A DNA stretch of 63,112 nucleotides, the filler included, from Choristocarpus tenellus KU-1152 (lineage: Eukaryota > Protista > Phaeophyceae), in NCBI GenBank assembly GCA_964200185.2. It is 15 parts of 15 records of this genome, joined end to end, with 100 filler letters (N's around TTAATTAATTAA, not from the genome) between each part and the next. Parts side by side here need not be neighbours in the genome. Positions count along the whole stretch, not along the records: positions 59,753 to 63,112 come from CAXNAD020020547.1; 14 more parts are not named here. One strand, given 5' to 3'. This document shows, one piece after another, positions 60,515 through 63,112 of this stretch. Under the pieces are notes generated by a model. That model searched no databases. It had not been told where the DNA came from and worked only from the letters and a program-made list of their open reading frames with translations. Position numbers and translations under genes: made by a program. Position 1 is the stretch's first letter. The number at the start of each line of letters is the position of its first letter.

Positions 60515-61350
60515 TTCATTATTATTATACCCTCTGACACTTTCCAGATGTGTCAGGGGGAAAGCAAATGAAAACTATACATAATATGTCAGTATAAATA
60601 AGCCCTAAGGAAATGAAATATCATAAATGTGAAAAACACTATAAAATACTTTAAATAAATGTGAAAAACACTAATCTATTTGTTACTTCACAACTATCAA
60701 TGTTGTACTACTACTAACTTCCTGTGCCTCCAATCTACCTACTCCTGCGCCCTGGGGGGAGAGCTAGAGAGGCATCCAAAGAATCCAATAAACCCTCCGT
60801 GCCCATCTCCCTGGTGACTCTTGCTTAAAACGCATGATACATCTAGAGAGTACCACTTGCATAGTCACCAAGACAATTTGGCATAGCCGGGATTTGACTA
60901 CTCCTTTTCTGCTAAATCCTCCAGTTCCTCTCCCCCCCACCATGTGAGTAGCCAGTTCATCCAGGAAGTATTCTGCTTCCTTGCCGATGTGCCCAAAAAT
61001 ATCCACTGCAAAGGTGTTGAGGTTATAACTGCGAGGATCAAAGGAGCCCTCGTAGTGCAAGGGATGCCCATCCCCTTGCATAGTTGGTGCAGGCGTTTCA
61101 CCATTGGCGTGTGCTGCCGTACCTGTCTCCCTGCCCTGGGGCAGGTACGGGCATGTCTGGTATCAACATTTTGCCTCCTGCACCCTGCCACTGGACACCT
61201 GCTGGATAGGGCCTCCTCCCTCCCTAGGGATCTGCTGGCCGTGAGCTTAAATTCCAGAGGGGGAATCTGGCATGCTGGTTCCAGCGGTTGAGTCGATGTC
61301 CAGGTGTTTGCCCCTTGTCCACACTGGCTCCAGTGGCGCGCTAGGGCCAA
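60515..61350 (-). mobile_element. CRE-like (RLE-type) non-LTR retrotransposon 3' part, internally deleted
   Basis: Zinc-knuckle region CP..GC...HARTCPRAG...RQH and RLE tail SFDPRSYNLNTFAVDIFGHIGKEAEYFLDELA. The catalytic segment retained in the 18930-19140 copy is missing here. The 3' UTR is shared with 18200-18465. Confidence 0.75.
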
Positions 61351-63112
61351 TGAGGAGCTTTCCCTCCCTTGGTATGCCTCAGGTATCGCTTGGGTCCATG
61401 ATACTTACAACTGCCTACACACTGGACATGACAAAAATAAATAAAGTATCACTCAGGGATATTTCCATTCGTTTGCTGTTGGTACCATCTGTGACCGATT
61501 TTTTAACACTCTGGAACTGATTGCCCCTCTGTTTAGGCTCGTTTTTCCTAGTGCGATGAGGAATGGAAAAAGGTCCTACTTTTAAAACTAATCTTTCAGC
61601 ATCCTGTTTGATCCAAAGTAAACAAGAGGTACCCAGTGTTTTACCGTTTGCATTTTAACCCAATTTCAATATTTTGCAATTCACCAATATTTGCATGAAT
61701 AAAGTCTCAAGTTTGGCTTGAGAGGGTTTATTTGTATATTGTATTAAAGATTTCGACATAATTCGGAAAATATCCTACACGATTTTGCTCATATTTGCCG
61801 AGTTCCTCAAAATTATCGTGAGGGTTTCATAGTGTATGTGGGTACATGGGGGTAAGACTTCCCTTCATCAGACCTTACGACACGTGAAAAACTTGGTGAC
61901 GAGAGGTGTGGGATCCACACTCCATCCAACGCAACTAGGAGGGCCAGGGGGACTGAGGTGGGAGTGTGGTCTGCGTTCATTTGTATTGTTGTGTTCACAT
62001 CTGTGCCTCAGTCGAATAAGTGGTGAAGATGATCTTTCTCTCTCCTGGGTGTCCCTTGCAACAACAGCTTCTCTGTACTTGGTCCCTGCACGTCCCTGCA
62101 CATCACGTCGTAATATTTTCTCTTGTGCTTTTTCTTTGTGCTTTGTCTACAGCATTCCACCCCTCTAGAGATTTGCAGCGCTCAAACAAGCATGCTATAT
62201 ATATTCTCAAATTAAAACCTTGCTGATTTCCCCTGTATCTCACCTGCAACACCATAGTGGACTACTGTCGGCCTCCTGTCACCAGGGCAGGGTACCGTTC
62301 GAAGAGATTCCTCCAAATGTATCAGAGATGACTAGTAGTATACATGTAGGCTAATATACTGTTGAAGTATCCCACACTGGACCCGCGGCTTTGGTGCTTT
62401 GATGAAGGACAATGAACAGCTTAATATAGATATGCAAGTTTATATTACAAAGGGGCTTATGGTCTCAATTTCTCTGACTGACTTGTGGGGTGAGACAGGT
62501 GCAGACTACCTTGAGGGGTTTCCAACATCCACATGTATAATCAGAAAAGAATACTGCAATCAGAAAAAGGATACTATTACTGTATCATACGTAAGTTGTC
62601 CAGACTTAAACTAAGATATACCGAAACATATATCTGTATACACCTTTCCTCCATTACTCCATTACTCCACTTGTGGTGTTTATCTGTCCAAATCTTCTCC
62701 ACCGATGGTGTCTATAGTGTATCAACAGCACTATCTACGAACATATACAAGAGTTATTAGTTGGTAAACCCATATTTGTTATCGTATAATGAATGGGTGG
62801 ATAGGAATTGACTTTATTTACCATGGTGCTTTAAGGTTGTATGGTCGCCCCCTCTGCTTGGGATTGATCACTCTACAACATTTGGTAACATTCCTATATT
62901 TATGTCTTCTATCCATGCATGAGCCAGGGGGCAACTTTGGGAATCTCCACCAGTTAATAGCCACTGTCCTCCTGTAGCTCCAGGTGGAAAGAAACAAGTG
63001 TGTGTTCCTGGGTGAACTTGGAGGAGCTGTACTGGGGGGGGGGAGGGGGGAAGGAGAAGATTCGCCGGCTAGTAGCTACAGTGCTCCAGAGGGGTTAAGG
63101 TTGTTGTTTGGG

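Overview
This is eukaryotic draft-assembly DNA, not one locus. Fourteen identical artificial linkers (44 N + TTAATTAATTAA + 44 N) join 15 unrelated 2.6-8 kb contigs, so adjacency across a linker means nothing. The content points to a photosynthetic stramenopile, most likely a brown alga or close relative: spliceosomal introns, heterokont-type ASAFAP-like plastid presequences, an EsV-1-7 repeat gene, and transposons resembling Ectocarpus families. Host gene fragments I can support are an EsV-1-7 Cys/His repeat protein with a decaying 3' array, a PDK/BCKDK-type kinase exon, a P4-ATPase 5' end with a GC-AG intron, a 5-exon myosin 5' end, a CS-domain protein head-to-head with a divergent DNA primase large subunit, a small plastid-targeted membrane protein, and 5 exons of an axonemal dynein heavy chain (DNAH2-like). 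Mobile DNA includes a Sola2-type DDD transposase, about 22 copies of related MITEs with shared termini (4-bp TSDs visible on several), Ty1/copia pol and gag relics, an RTE-like LINE relic, two CRE-like RLE retroelement relics, and two long-inverted-repeat elements. The two best leads are the EsV-1-7 array, whose 38-aa units vary mostly at two fixed positions (a possible modular recognition code), and the Sola2 transposase/MITE system. All family assignments come from motif recognition by eye. No searches or alignments were run, and identity figures are visual estimates.
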